DNA of 64,000 nucleotides. It comes from Octopus vulgaris. Its lineage: Eukaryota. Of this stretch, positions 26,399-40,545 are shown piece after piece; positions within the stretch are counted from its first letter, which is position 1, and the number at the start of each line of letters is the position of its first letter. The notes under the pieces were generated by a model that was not told the DNA's origin, made no database searches, and worked only from the letters and a program-made list of their open reading frames with translations. The position numbers and the translations under genes were made by a program. Location: the NCBI GenBank assembly GCA_951406725.2, contig OX597815.1, forward strand, positions 163,308,001-163,372,000, written 5' to 3'.

Positions 26399-26907
26399 TA
26401 TATATATATATATATATACATACACACACACACACATATATATATAAATTTTTCTAGTCACCCTTCTGCAAAACGGAGATATTCCAAGGCAGCAATCCAG
26501 TTGACAAAAACCATTTCACTTGCCACATTATCTTTGCACGTGAACGCCCGCGCGTACACGTGCAGATACTTACTTAGAACCTCTTCTTAGTAAGAATTAA
26601 CTCCTATTTACTACACCATCATTGTTTAGCTGACACTGTAACAGTCATCGTTCCCTATTAGCTGGGCGATTCGGTGTTTGTCTGGCATGTTTGAAACCTT
26701 ATGAAAACAGAATGCTAACATCAAATATTTGGCTTTTGAACGAAGAAGCAAATATCGATACGTTTGAAGTGAAACACACGACATTTTTTTTTTCTTCTCA
26801 GTCGTGGAGATATTCAAACATGGTTGTTATGCTTGATGTGTGATGCCTCGTATCAAATATTTTGATTAAACGTCAATTCACAAGAGCCAATGAAAGAACA
26901 TCTAGGT

Positions 26908-27267
26908 CAGGGTTTCTCAACCAGTTTTTTTTTTTTATCTATGGATCCTTTTGATCACTATTATATTCTGGTGGACCCCTATAGTCATTCGATGTTTAAA
27001 AATTAGTTTTATAGAAACTTCTTTCAAAATTCCTATTTTCTTTTTCACACATTAATTTCTATAGGTTAAACTATGTAAAATGTTAAAGAAAGAAACCTAG
27101 CTGTTTCGTGCAATTCATGCCAATACATAAATCTAAAGCAAATTTTTTTTCGGGGGCCCTAAAATTGCTATTGTGTATCTCTAATTTACGATTTTTCTGT
27201 GTGGACCTCACCAGAAATCTTATATGGACCTTCAGGGGCCCATTTAGACTTCGGTTGAGAAACACTG
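26908..27267. mobile_element. hAT (Charlie-like) MITE with TIRs and 8-bp TSD
   Basis: TIRs cagggtttctcaacc and ggttgagaaacactg; exact TSD atctaggt at 26900-26907 and 27268-27275. Confidence 0.92.
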
Positions 27268-27475
27268 ATCTAGGTGTTTGTTCGTTCGATCAGCTAGTAA
27301 TAGCAGCTAGATCTCTCTCAATTCACGTTCTGAGCCATCGAAAACACATCTAGGTATTCGTTCGATTTGCTTGTCATAGTAGCGAAATATCTCTTAATTC
27401 ACGTCGCAGCCAACGAATAATAGTATCTAGGTCTTCGTTCGATCTGCTAGTAATTGCAACCAAATCTCTCTTAAT
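27268..27475 (+). repeat. Degenerate tandem repeat of about 78 bp (about 3 units)
   Basis: atctaggt...ttcgttcgat..gct.gt.at.g...atctct recurs at about 27268, 27348 and 27425. Confidence 0.7.
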
Positions 27476-27641
27476 CTTATTTAATCATAAGTGTGCTGCA
27501 TCATAGCCGATTTAGAGTTAACACAATAATAGCAGGAGCAGCAGTAAAAGCAGCACAGCAGCAGTAATAAAAACAACAATAGCAGCATCGACAGCTACAA
27601 CAGCAACAATACTGCAATAACAGAGGCAACAGCAGCAACAG

Positions 27642-27990
27642 TGGAGGCGCAATGGCCCAGTGGTTAGGGCAGCGGACTCGCGGTCGGAGGATCGCAGTTT
27701 CGATGGGTGTGTTTATTGAGCGAAAACACCTAAAGCTCGACGATGCTCCGGCAGGGGGTGGTAACCGACCCCTGTTTGTACTCTTTCGCTCCAACTTTCT
27801 CTCACTCTTTCTTCCTGTTTCTTGTCCCCAACTTCCTACGCAACCGCTGAGCCTGGATGCGCATTCATCCATTCGTCGATGCTCTCGGTGTCGGGGGTTG
27901 ACCTGCTTTCTCTTCTGCGGGTTTTACGAATAGCAAAGGACCACGTTTCGGACTTCTCCTACTACAAGACGAAGACCGCTTCGCTCAACA
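27642..27990 (+). mobile_element. tRNA-derived SINE family C
   Basis: ggaggcgcaatggcccagtggttagggcagcggactcgcgg head; (AAAC)n tail. Confidence 0.85.
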
Positions 27991-28987
27991 AACAAACAAA
28001 CAAACAGCAGCTGTAAAAACGGTAACAATAAAAATAACCACTTCAATAATGTATTTGATAGGACATCGCTTATATTTGAGTTACTGGTTAGATTTATCTT
28101 TTTTTAAAAATATTTTTACTGGTTTCAATCTCTGGACTTCGGATATGCTGGAGCACCGTCTTTAGGTATAGAATTTTACACCAAATCCGAAAATATTTTA
28201 TCCATTTAAGCCATGGCTTTATTTGGATTAGTCAATAGACATCAAAGGCTTGAGTTAACGGATGTCTGTTATAGGATAATATTTTAAAACGCCTACCAAT
28301 TTGGAATTACAGGATACGGAATAATAAAATAAAATGGCATTACTATTTGAAATAATTTAATTGTTCAAAATTGTTAAATTATAAAATCGAAAACATTAAT
28401 TATAAACTCTAGATTCGCCAAAATTTATTCTGACAGTAAAACAAAACAGTCATCAGAAATGAATTTATTTAAAAGCAAGCAATGAATACTGTATTACACA
28501 AATAACCAAAAACAAAAACAGTAAGATACTTAAAAGTTTCAACAGCAATGACAATAATACCAGCAGTTGGGATGATGATAAAATTATAGATGAAGACGAA
28601 GCTGTTGATTGTAATAATAATAACTTTCATATTGCTTTAAAAACTTAAAAGTGATGGGAAATAAGTTTTTAAAGATGCAGAGTTAGTATTTCATTTGTGT
28701 CTAATAAAAATTCCCATTACGCTTTGTTTTGCGGCTATAAATACCTGCTGACGTGACAACGTATTGCCATTTGCAATCAAAATTTTCAAATTGTAAGCTA
28801 CTGGCTGAATGATTTAATTGTGTTGAATACTGGAAAGGCTCATACTTTCATCATTTCAAGAAAATTGATTTCAGAAAATATGCTTTTTGTTTTTGTTTTT
28901 GTTTTTTCTTTCTCCTCTCTTCCTCCCGCCGCCCTACCTATTTAATTGCAAGGCTGGTAATATTAGAAAATAATCAATAGAAATTAA

Positions 28988-28988
<1 letters not shown>

Positions 28989-29062
<74 letters not shown>

Positions 29063-29184
29063 GATACACACACACACATACACACACACGCACACGCGCA
29101 CGCACGCACAAACGCACACACACATACATTCAGATACAAAACTTATGTGAGTGTATGTCACTCATATGTTTACTCATACATACG

Positions 29185-29270
<86 letters not shown>

Positions 29271-29314
29271 ACTATCCATACATACACATATTTGTATATA
29301 CATACATACATATA

Positions 29315-29370
<56 letters not shown>

Positions 29371-29397
29371 CATATATTTATATATATATACATATAC

Positions 29398-29455
<58 letters not shown>
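28989..29455. repeat. Compound (CA)n/(TATC)n/(TA)n microsatellites
   Basis: Direct observation. Confidence 0.95.
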
Positions 29456-29459
<4 letters not shown>

Positions 29460-30090
29460 TATTTATATAATGTATACACATACACACATATGTATTTATG
29501 TAATTAGACATAAATATATGTGTTTGTACAAGTGCATTATAAAACTTACGTATATATATGCAAACGTACTATATGCATTATATTTTAATACATACTATAT
29601 GCATATATATATACAAACAAATGCACACACAAATACATAGATATGAGTGTCAGCGTGTGTGTGTGTGGTGTAAATTCCATAATAAATGTATACATGATAA
29701 ATAGTTAATATAGTTATATAAACAATACCATTGTGAGCTTCAATTTGAGATTGAAAAATTATCACATTTACTGAGAGCATCGAACCATATATTAAATGTC
29801 AGAGGAACAAGAAAGACTGTTTTGATTTTAGTCTATAGGTTTGTTACATTTAGCCCTTAAGTATATATGTGGAAATGAACAAAACTTCGGTAGTCATTTA
29901 TAATATATTCATGACATTGTTTTTAATTTTCGTACACATACCAAACGAAAACGCAATGTTTTGTCACGTCACTATATTACTAGAAATCTGAAATGAGTTT
30001 GTAGAAAATTAATGTGCGTTGATTTCTACGGAAGCTGATCAGAACATTATAATGGCTTACAGTTAGTACAATATTATAAATAAATAAATC

Positions 30091-30250
30091 GAAGGCGTGG
30101 CTGTGTGGTACAAAGTATGCTTCCCAACCACATGGTTCTGGGTTCAGTCCCACTGCGTGGCACCTAGGTAAGTGTCTTCTACTATAGCATCGGGCCGACC
30201 AAAGTCTTGTGAGTGAAATTGGTAGAAGAAACTGAAAAGAACCTCGTCGT
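30091..30250 (+). mobile_element. SINE B 5' half; its 3' half resumes near 30890
   Basis: Family B head; tgtgtttgtccccc...gcttgacaac...gtttacgtcccc at about 30895-30955. Confidence 0.8.
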
Positions 30251-30254
30251 GTAT

Positions 30255-30292
<38 letters not shown>

Positions 30293-30488
30293 TTGGAATG
30301 AAGCATTTTAAATTCTGTTAGATTTTACTCATAATGTATTGGAATCTTACATATATACCATTCTGCCTAAAAAATGAATCTACAAATTCAATATCCCTAC
30401 ATATATCATATCTATTTTCTTTCCTCCACCTCACTCTCTATTTTGTATCACATCTGAACTAACTATGACTTAACTATCCTCTCACACC

Positions 30489-30540
30489 GTCTCCGATGAA
30501 GAGATATGATTAATAAATATCCTAGAAACAGCTGTGAGAC
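30489..30540 (+). ncRNA. Degenerate type I hammerhead-like motif with CCGATGA core
   Basis: Helix I gtct/agac; core ccgatga; helix II gatat/atatc; GAAA; palindromic CAGCTG helix III; site degenerate (GTG); module of about 310 bp between (TA)n runs. Confidence 0.5.
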
Positions 30541-30816
30541 CTTCTATCTATAAATGTTATAATATCTACACAGCCTTGGTATTTTATCTCATTACGCAAA
30601 AAATTCTTATATATATATATATGAGTAAGAACTAACTGTGGTCAAGGCTGCGCGGCGTTCGATTATGAATAAATAAAATAAAGAATATACATTGTGTACA
30701 GGACATCACCTGTACTTATTTTGTATGTTTTGGGTATTTTGTCCTCTACTTATCTCTTGTGTATTTACGTATTTTTCACTCTTTGTTGATGTCCTGTACA
30801 CAATGTGTATTTTTCA

Positions 30817-30882
<66 letters not shown>

Positions 30883-31009
30883 CTGCGTCTGTGCGTCTGT
30901 GTTTGTCCCCCCATCAGCGCTTGACAACTGATGTTAGTGTGTTTACGTCCCCATAAGATAGCGATTCAGTTATAAAACTGTAACAAACTGCTGCTGACAC
31001 AGTTATAGT

Positions 31010-31290
31010 TTTGAGTGGCGACTTCTGTAGCATGACGGTGATGCGTAGCCCTCTTCATCTGTTGTTTCAACCGTTGAGATCTGTTGTAATCATCGTTCGC
31101 TTGTTCTACCATTGGAGTTCTCGGGGTTGGGGGGTTGATAAAGCTTACTCTGGCTTCTCGTCTTCGATCTTGCCGTCAACGGTGGCCCTCTTCAAGGAGT
31201 TTAGAATTACCGACGGCATCACTCTCAGAGTCATTAGTCCACACAACAAGCCCCTCCACCACAACAAGAAGCGACAATCAGAGGAGTGGA
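31010..31290 (-). mobile_element. RTE/BovB-like LINE 5'UTR relic
   Basis: Minus strand cttgttgtggtggaggggcttg...aatgactctgagagtgatgccgtcgg resembles conserved RTE 5'UTR starts (recalled, not searched). Confidence 0.5.
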
Positions 31291-31791
31291 CAGGTAGATA
31301 CTATACTTAACTAAACACTAAACCACATAGTAAAGAATATATACTATGTTTATACTAAATGTATTTCTTCTTTGCATCAAGTAAAATGGAATAGGCTTAG
31401 TTAGTTTTATTAATTTTTTACCCTTTTTATCAGAAATCGCTTACTTGTTTTTTTGTTGTTGTTTTTTTGAGAGAATAATAGCTATTGGCCATTTATAGTG
31501 TACGTAAACTTGGATAAAACAAAATGGGCTTGCTTAATTTTCACAATAGGGCAATCATTAATGACATGAAGTAAATAATAGATGCATTTTTAAATGTATA
31601 CCTGCAGTTGTCATTATTACCTATCTTATACTAAATTTGCTGCAAAAACTGCTAAACTGTTCGCAATTTTCACGTGAGATGGATATATTGTTGGGCCATA
31701 CGAAGAAGTATTTCTTACTACTGATTATTTTACAGTTATATAAATAAATAAAAATGCATATAGGTACACACACATATATTCATACATACAC

Positions 31792-31854
<63 letters not shown>

Positions 31855-32414
31855 CACATACACACAAGTATGTATGAATGTGCGTGGTGTAAAGAAAACC
31901 CCAAGAAATTCTATACGAGTCAAACTATATAGAAAATAAAGAAAATATACTGAAAATTTGATAAAACTTTACAATAAAAATATAATCTTCTTATCTACAA
32001 CCGGTTTTACTTTTTATTGATAATCATGGCTTTGTAATCATGGCATTGTTGTAATTTCATAATTTCGGCAGTGATAAATAAAAAGAAATGTTGTTAGAGT
32101 ACAGGGAGAAAAAGTTCTTGAATTATTGATAACACAAGTCTGCATTTTCAAAAGAAGTAAATGATGATTGTCTACTTAAAGGTGATTCGGAACTTTTTAT
32201 TTAATTCTGATTTCAAATATGTTTTTAGTTTTTGCCTATCACGTACAGATTTTGCACAAACGTCTGCCAAAGATATGATGATTTTTCTTGTCATTCATTC
32301 CTTTTGTGGCAGACTTTTAGATAAAAATATGATGAAATTAAGAACAAATGACAATAAGAATAATAAAAAAAGATATGAACATGGCTTTAAAGTAGTTTTA
32401 CTCATTTTTAAAAT

Positions 32415-32790
32415 CCGGCTCATGTGTGCAACAGGCCGTATAGCCGAAGGAGTACTATGATACACTATCTTATGTTTATTTTTTACTCTGTACCCATCAA
32501 CTTAACTAATGCAGAAATAGTTAACGTGGTTATTCGGCTTCCGCCACATCATTGATATTCTAAAGGGCATTTCTGTTTTTTTTATCGGCTTTCCAGAGTC
32601 TCAGCCCTTTCCCACAATTGCGACATACTTTGTGTGAAACTCAAGGTTTGTCTCCATCACCGAGTTTAACACCAAAGTAAGCGTAGTATACATTTTTCAC
32701 AAGATCGGTTATATTTTGTCTCTGCTTAATGACAAAATACCTGCAACAAATGAAGCAGAATATGCCTGGATTGTTCACACACTTTCGTCT
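32415..32790 (-). mobile_element. Chapaev3-type (CMC) transposase N-terminal relic
   Basis: RKCVNNPGIFCFICC...YYAYFGVKLGDGDKP*VSHKVCRNC...MPF...MWRKP..H...YFC...PSAIRPVAH, matching the Chapaev3 C.N.PD.FCY.CG, YFG..LGDQDK.WAPH, WREP and PSA.RPV.H motifs. Confidence 0.8.
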
Positions 32791-33229
32791 ATATACATTC
32801 ATTTGAAACGGAATTTATACATAAATGTCACCAACGACTGATCTTTGGAACTACTAAAACAACACGAAAGCATCGGTTAGCAATTGTTTACACAATTTTT
32901 CAAAGTTACGCCATCAGTCAGAGTTGCTAACGATTGTTTAATAAACTTTATATTGGCTGCTAGTTTACCTTTACTAATATTAGGTCAGCATTGGTTTATA
33001 ATCTATTTTATAGAGCAAAGTAAATCAGATAATCACTGTCATCTTATTCTCTGATATCATAATACAGAAAAAGAAACAAAACTTTATTACAGAATAGCTA
33101 AACCTGATGGAAAAAGCTAATAACAGATCTGAAATCAAAGGAAATAATTGTTTTAAAAAGTTATGTAAACATTTAAACATAGAAAATCATGCAAACTTGT
33201 GTAATAAATATATCTATTAATTAAACGTG

Positions 33230-33620
33230 GACTCATTGACTTAGTACACATATTTAAAGGCAATTAATATTTTTCACTGAATGTAAACACCTGGTTGAAC
33301 CGCCGTTGTTCAGTTGTCTTATCATTACACTGATATAAATGGAGAAATTTTTATATTTCATTGACGCTTATACGCACATAATTCTATATGTTCCCTATGA
33401 GATATTTGCCTAGCTGTGATACGAATTTGTGCCTTATGTAGTTTCATACGTTTCTTAATTTCATCCCAATTTGTCCATGTAATTTCCTTTACGTCCTGAA
33501 CATGTTATTACGTAAATTAGTTTTCCGGACACATTGGTTAAATCATTTTTTACTTTGAAATATTGTTCTAGAGGAAAATGGGATGCCGACCCTTCGGACA
33601 AGCTAAAAAATTATGTTATA
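33230..33620 (-). mobile_element. Penelope-like GIY-YIG endonuclease relic
   Basis: VSGKLIYVITCSGRKGNY(M)GQ...RMKLHKAQIR with frameshifts, matching the PLE LIY.I.C..C...YIGQT...RM..H pattern. Confidence 0.75.
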
Positions 33621-33899
33621 GTTGGATCGCCTTTATTTTTCTATCTGCTAGTTCCACTGTCGTTGAACATATTTTGGCATTTGATAATATTCTCATTCAT
33701 GATTCTGGCTGTGTTTCACTTTCTTTAACAGTATGCTTTTGTAAAATCCAATTCATACGGGAGTCCTTTTCCAGCCCCATACATTTTGAGAAGGCGCACT
33801 TGTTTCTAAGATTGTGAGTCATGACAATATTTCCATTTCAGATATGTTATTTTGTTCGATTGTCTTAGCATCCAAACAGCAACTGACGTAGCTGTTGCA

Positions 33900-34420
33900 T
33901 CCCATCATCTATTATGAATGGCGGAAAAAATCTGTCATTGGCTATCGCGTCAGTTCTTTCCAGGCAATGTAAAAAAGATTACAATATGTCCGATCCTTTT
34001 TAAAGACGGTGCGTTGGGGTTTCGGGAGAATCTCTATCAGATTGGACGACTGCGAAAAGAACTCATCGATAGCACATCACTCACTCTTTTCGTTTATCTA
34101 TATCGATGCGATCATGTTATTACATGGATTCACATCCAGACCATGTGTTTAGGAGTGGCTGACAAGACTAGTACAGACACAAAACATTTTGCTGCACACT
34201 GGGCTGGCGACTGAGAATCCTCTCCTAATAAACCGGCAGTTCCGAATTTTCGTAACCCACTATTCTCTCCATCTTGTCTGATCTCGGTTTTTGCTTAACT
34301 GCCATGGCTCCTTTTGTAGCCGAGTTGTGTCGTTTAAATCGCTCGGCAGCAATGATATCCCACTCTATGAGACTCTGAATTGATGCCGATGTCTTTTAAG
34401 GAAATCTGATCTGGTAACAC
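33900..34420 (+). mobile_element. Possible highly decayed Gypsy RT-connection/RNase H relic
   Basis: WLSRQFFPGNVKKITICPILFK...RLRKELIDSTSL, NRQFRIFVTH and DADVF loosely match YYR.FIP..A..PL..L.K, GR.F.I.TDH and ADALSR. Confidence 0.35.
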
Positions 34421-34699
34421 TACCAGAATAGACAGTGAAAAACCTTTCGAAACATTTTGATTTCACTAACAAGTTTGTTACTGAAAACATTACAAGGGCA
34501 CCCACTGAGCATCACTACTAGACTTCAGCAATAGCTTGTAGTAGAAGATTGATGAACATATGCTTTTTTTTAATATATTTTTTATGTATATTTCTACAAC
34601 ATATTATCAATGTTATTTATGATTGTCTGTAAATATATGTTATGTTGTGCTTGACGAGTTTTTTCAACAACGATTCATGTATTCTTTAGCCAAGGCGCA

Positions 34700-35760
34700 T
34701 TTGTTTCAGATGATGCAATTTATACGTGTGCTTTTTATGCTTTCACTGGATATTGTGTCTGTTGTATTTATTGTGTTTAAACGGTTTCTCTATTGCATAG
34801 TTTGGTCTACTAAATTATTTGCATATAATATTATTGACAAGAGTTTGTTGTATTCTATTCATTTCTTTGTTTAGTTTCCCTTGTGAGGAATAATGTGAAG
34901 GTTCTTATGAATAGGAATTTCATAACTGACGCTTTATATATCTGTGGACATTCATTATGTCTAAGCATATAGAGATATGTATTGTTGTTGTAGGCTATAG
35001 TGATGTAATTTATGCGTTGTCTCTTAACGTTTACATTAGAAAAAATAGGATTACATCACCTGAATTTTTATTTGAGCTATTTTATCAGTAATTGCGAATA
35101 GAATTAGTTTGACTCATATGTTTCTTTTTCATTTAGACAACTTTTTTTCTCGAATGATTGTCACGCTGGAAACTTTTTTTTTTATTTGTATACTCCAAAG
35201 ACCAACAACAATGGAAAATGGCCCTTTTTCAGAAACAACTCAGTGGGTGGGGATAAAAGGGAACATTACCATAAAATGGTATGCACAGCCTGAGTGCTTA
35301 CAATAGAATGGACACAGCAAAAAGCTCTCTAAAGGGAGATATAATGATATTAAAGTGAACAGAAAGTGAATTCTGCCTCCTAATATATCATCCTAAAACT
35401 GATTTAAACAGTGAATTCATATTTTAGTAAGAATGTCAACACAGATATTCAGAAAAGATCAGTAAGCGTTCGTTATAGAAGCAATTAAAGGAAGGAACGA
35501 AGAACACAAATGCGATGTTAATCTTGCGTTTGATGCAAGTTTGTTTGTCAGTGGAGGTCCTTTTCCGTTGCATGTAGTATTTAATGTGTCTGATTTTACT
35601 TAAGCGACCGTTTTGTATGAGCACTAATTTAGTGTAGAGCGAATCGAGGTTTTGGAAATATTTAGTAAATATTCATTTGAGAATTATTTGTTGATACTGG
35701 AGATGAAACTTAGATACGTGGTAAGTAAATGGCTTCATGTTTAATACATAGAATTACAAA
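34700..35760 (-). mobile_element. Penelope-like reverse transcriptase relic, same strand as the 33230-33620 GIY-YIG
   Basis: Fragments NLDSLYTKL (DV.SLYTN), NVNVKR, ECPQIYKASVMKFLFIR (S.CP..YK.S....L..RA) and SSQGKLNKEMNRIQQTLVNN (thumb). Confidence 0.55.
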
Positions 35761-37115
35761 TTTGAGCTGGAATAAAATATGCGGCGATATAGAAATAGAA
35801 ATAAAAATATTAATCGTTTAACAATATCATTTAAAAATTTCTTTTGTATCTACGTAAGAGAACACTGGAATGCATGTTTGTTTTCTATTTTATTTGTATC
35901 AGTTGAAGTATATCTTCACCTTGTGCAAACAGTTTGGCTTGATTGCTTGAGGGGCTTCAAGAAAAGACAGAAGATAACTGAATCAAAAAGCTTTAGGCTA
36001 GATCTGTAAAGGACAGCTAATTCAGTGAGTTGGCTTATATTCTGGAAACAATGATTAAATTAATGTTAAAGTATTTAATGTTGAAATCACTGCAGATCTG
36101 ACAAAAATAATTATGCAGCAGAAAAAAATACATTCTTAGTCATTATTAATTGTTATAATTCTATGAACAAGTACAGGTGAAAATAGCACTTTTGTTTCGT
36201 TCTTGTTATAACCTCACTAGCGAAACACCACCATTCATACCAAAATAGTGATGGGGTAATTCATAACCTTATGTAGAAAAACGTACACCTGTAGGTATAA
36301 CAAGCTGGAATTGCTTAGAAAATACGCATACTCATGTTCGTTTTTATGCATGAATAGATAGGTTCTTAGTTATTTTCTCATCATTATTTCGGTAGCCACA
36401 ACAAACACTGTTTCTCAATGAATGACTATAATAAAGCGGAAACACACTTACAGTTGTCTCCCCTAGTTATCGAATGAATTAATATATTGTTACGCAGTAA
36501 CTAATATTATTATTACTATTTTTTTGGCCTTCATCACTTAGTTATTTGTAGTCAAGTTTTAAATGCAGGAGCAATAAATATATTAATACTAAATTAGCTA
36601 CTGACTTTTTTTCTCCCTCAAATGCGTAGTATCTCTGTAATATATCCTGAAAAATCTACGTCAGTTTACCGGATTTTAGTATCAGAACTGTTTCTGCTAT
36701 TGATGGATGCACGTAGAGGATGTCAAATAAACGTTAGAAAAGATAAGGCTAATAGAAAATGTATTGTGAGTAACGTATATTATTGATGGAGATAAAGAGA
36801 ATCGCGAATGCGGTGCCTTCGTCTGTTGGAATGTTTACTTTCAAAGCTATTATGATGAAAAGTGTAGGTTAGAAGGATTCAGTAAATTTTCCAAGATATC
36901 CTTTTGGGAATAGATCAGAACATACAGTTAAATTATTCTGTCAAACTACAACACCAGGAAAATGTGGTAACTGATTATAGATATTGCAACAGATTAAACA
37001 CAACGATAAGGGATGCAGACGCTGTAACGAGTTACAGATAGCATAATGGTGTCCTCGTATCGGATATTGTGATGTGTGTGTATACAATCTATTTATGTAT
37101 CTTGTATGTATATAC

Positions 37116-37234
<119 letters not shown>

Positions 37235-37751
37235 AATGATTGTAAGTAGGCATGTATATTGTGTGAATATACATACACACAAACACACACGCATGCACAC
37301 ACACATACACACACACTCACACATACATATGTGTCTGCGCTTGTTCGTATTTATTTACTGATGAAATCAGGAAATTGAAACTACATCTATACATACATAC
37401 ACATGAACATACAAGCACACACTCACACACACACATATACAACAGCGTGTTATGTAATTATGTATGTAAGTATATATATATATAATATACGTACATATAT
37501 CTATATATGTATTATATGGATATATGTATGTGTGAGTGCATGTATTTTCCTAATAACAAAGAACAACAGATATTAAATGACTGAAGAACTCAATACATGT
37601 TCTCAAGATATTTATCAGTTATTTAAATAGTATACATTTATATAGAACACAGCGTTAAATCAGAATACTTGAAACAAAATACAGACAATGTTGAAGTTAT
37701 TTAAAACCTTATAAATACATAAACACACACACATACACACATATATGTGTA

Positions 37752-37786
<35 letters not shown>

Positions 37787-38199
37787 ATAGTTTACTTTTT
37801 CTTAAAGTAAGATCAACAAAAACGTATTCCATCTGGTGAGAGATAAATATTGTTTGATGTACACAGTATTTAGTTGTGAGCTACTAAATAGTTTCATACA
37901 TTGAAGATATTATCTAGGCAGGTCTTAAAACACGCCAAATGTCTCCAAGTAATCTCCGGGCTCTGGGCACGTGACCTATGCAAGTTACAAATCAAGACAA
38001 CAGAGTGAGAGAAATGTGAAAAGAAAAAACGAGATGAAGGAAAGTTCAAAAAGTGGAATGGTGAAAAAATAAATAAATAAAAAACGGAAAAGGAAACGAA
38101 AAAAGGAAAAAGAAGAAGAATTAGAGTTATATCTCCTTTGATCCTAAAGTAGCGAGACTAGATGGAGAAGAATCAATGGAAGGTGTCTAAAGTCAATGA

Positions 38200-39230
38200 T
38201 ACAGGTGCTCAATACAGAGAGGGTGGTTGTCTCCAATTCGCCAAAGGAAACTTGTCCATGAGCTTGCATTTGCTGAAAATTTCTTATCAGGAATTCAGCA
38301 GTGTGGTGGAATTCTTAGATCTAAAAAGGAAGGATATGTGATTTTTCACCTACGCATAACTTACATTTTTTAAAATTCATTAACATATGAATCTACGATT
38401 TTCCATCTGATTGTATATGGTGAGGATTTGGGCTCCAAACCCCATATGTTGCTATCCAACTTAGTAGCCTTACTTTTATCCATGTACAGGAAAGAAGATA
38501 GGCGGCTTTTGAAGTTGTCGTCGCATAACCCGGGTTAGTAGCCCGCCCACTGCCCTATAAATAGTAAGGAATATTCATATCAAAATCAGAGAGGCCACTA
38601 TTCTACAACAATAGGATAATACCAATACTACAAGAGAATGCACGCGAGAAAGTATCTCTATTTAGTAAGGGCTCAACGTAGGTTTAAAAATCCGATACAA
38701 GTGAATTGTTCGATGTATCGATGGAATTGTATGACAGTGCTGACATCTACAATTTTGTAGATCTCTTTATATTAAATATATTGAGATCCAACTTCCCATC
38801 CTACGATGTCTGTCTGTTTGTTTCTCTCCGAGCATAGGATGTATCGATTAGAATCTAATCATTAGATGATAAGCGAACAAGAGCCTCCGCCGCACAGATT
38901 CAGAAGACAATGTCAGATTTCAATTCTAACGACTTCAATTTCTAGTGATTCTTAATTTTGCCATGACCATCAACTAATCCGAAAGACAAACATTTTCGGT
39001 TGCCAGTTTACACCTTGAAGAATCCTGCTTCACCCATGGTTAGCACTTTCAAGAGTAGGAAGGAAGAAAAATCTTTACACCTATGCCCTACATGGAAAAA
39101 TAAAATACTTCGTATAACGAGACGTGATAAATCAAGTCAAATAATGCAGAAATCCTTTCTAACCAAGAAGATTATCCGTCGATCCATCGGAGAAGACACT
39201 GGAAGACATATAATAAAAAAAATTGAAGTA
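38200..39230 (+). mobile_element. Penelope-like reverse transcriptase relic
   Basis: HARK followed by ELFDVSMELYDSADIYNFVDLFILN (about 38640-38785), resembling the PLE motifs HARKSLLF and FDVTMGSYDGAE.CELVGLYIL; outer bounds are uncertain. Confidence 0.65.
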
Positions 39231-39288
39231 AAGGCGTTCTATTGTGAAAATTATCCGGTAACGACAGGTTACTTAGCTAGTGTATGTG

Positions 39289-39377
<89 letters not shown>

Positions 39378-39946
39378 TAAGCGATTTCGCGCGAGTCAAT
39401 TTATACTGAAAAATATTATGAAAGATAAATTTAATTTGGTTTATTTCAATTTATTTTTCATTCCATTTCAGCATACCTGGATCGTCTTTTTAAAGCGATC
39501 GATACCAATAACTGCTTAGTTAAAAAGGTAAATACTTTTCCATGATAAAGTTCTCATGGCATTTCCTTATTTACATTTTTGATACACACACACAGACACG
39601 CACATACACACACATGCAATACAAACACATACACGCACACACACATTTGCAAAATATAGACATTTATTTCTCCTACTTTTATCATAAAAAATTATCTTCT
39701 TCACTCTCCTAAGCTTTATAGCATTATACATCCATATGAGATGTTTCCCGGAGACGAATACACTAACTGCGTGGGTTTCTACCATTTATCCACGTTAAGT
39801 AAGATATACTGAATGCTATTAAGAACTAATAGTCTTTTCATTGCTAATAACGAATTTTTACCAAGCCTGCCGGTTGTTTGCGAAACCAGTGATTTGTTAA
39901 TCACTAATAGTGGTTAAATTTCTCTAAGCATGCCGCTGCTGGTGTA

Positions 39947-39993
39947 TGCTTCATACTGATGAAGCGCAATTAAGCAGAAATCCGGATTTAGCA
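39947..39993 (+). ncRNA. Minimal type I hammerhead-like motif
   Basis: CTGATGA at 39956-39962; short helix II gc..gc; GAAA; palindromic ATCCGGAT helix III; ATT site; imperfect helix I tgc..ta/tagca. Confidence 0.55.
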
Positions 39994-40327
39994 ATTTCAC
40001 TTCTTCAAGAATTATAAAATGCCATTTTAAAATAATACTGCTTCCGTCGTTAATAACGAAGTTCCTTATTGCTTGATTTTATAGAAATCACTCAGACTGC
40101 TTAAATAAGGGTATAGTATTGTGCAAACAAAAAGAAAATTCACAATTCACCCTTTTGTATGTGCTAAGTGCAAAATATAGAAACTCTCAAGAAAGAATCT
40201 ATACTCACTGTCTTGGAGAAGATTTTGTTTTCTGTATGGAACCATAACCACTTTTGAGGATACCTCCCACCTGTCCTTTAACAATTCTATATCTACACTG
40301 TGACTCTTAATATTGGTCCTAATATTA

Positions 40328-40545
40328 AGGGCGGTGAGCTGGCAGAATCATTAGCATTGTCGGGCAAAATACTTAGCGGCATTTCGAGCGTCTTAACGTT
40401 CTGAGTTCAAATTCTGCCGAGGTCGGTTTTATCTTTCATCCTTTAAGGGCCGATAAAATAGGTATCAGTTGGACACTGGAGTCGATGTAATCGACTCACG
40501 CCCTTACTCCTAAATTTCTGGCCTTGTATCAAAATTTGAAACCAA
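40328..40545 (+). mobile_element. SINE family A copy
   Basis: ggcggtgagctggcagaatcattagca head and family A body. Confidence 0.88.

Noticed and set aside
27642-27720. tRNA genes at SINE heads (also 12152, 14560-14635, 16775)
   Set aside because: A/B-box-like motifs are present, but the cloverleaf is broken and each continues into a SINE body
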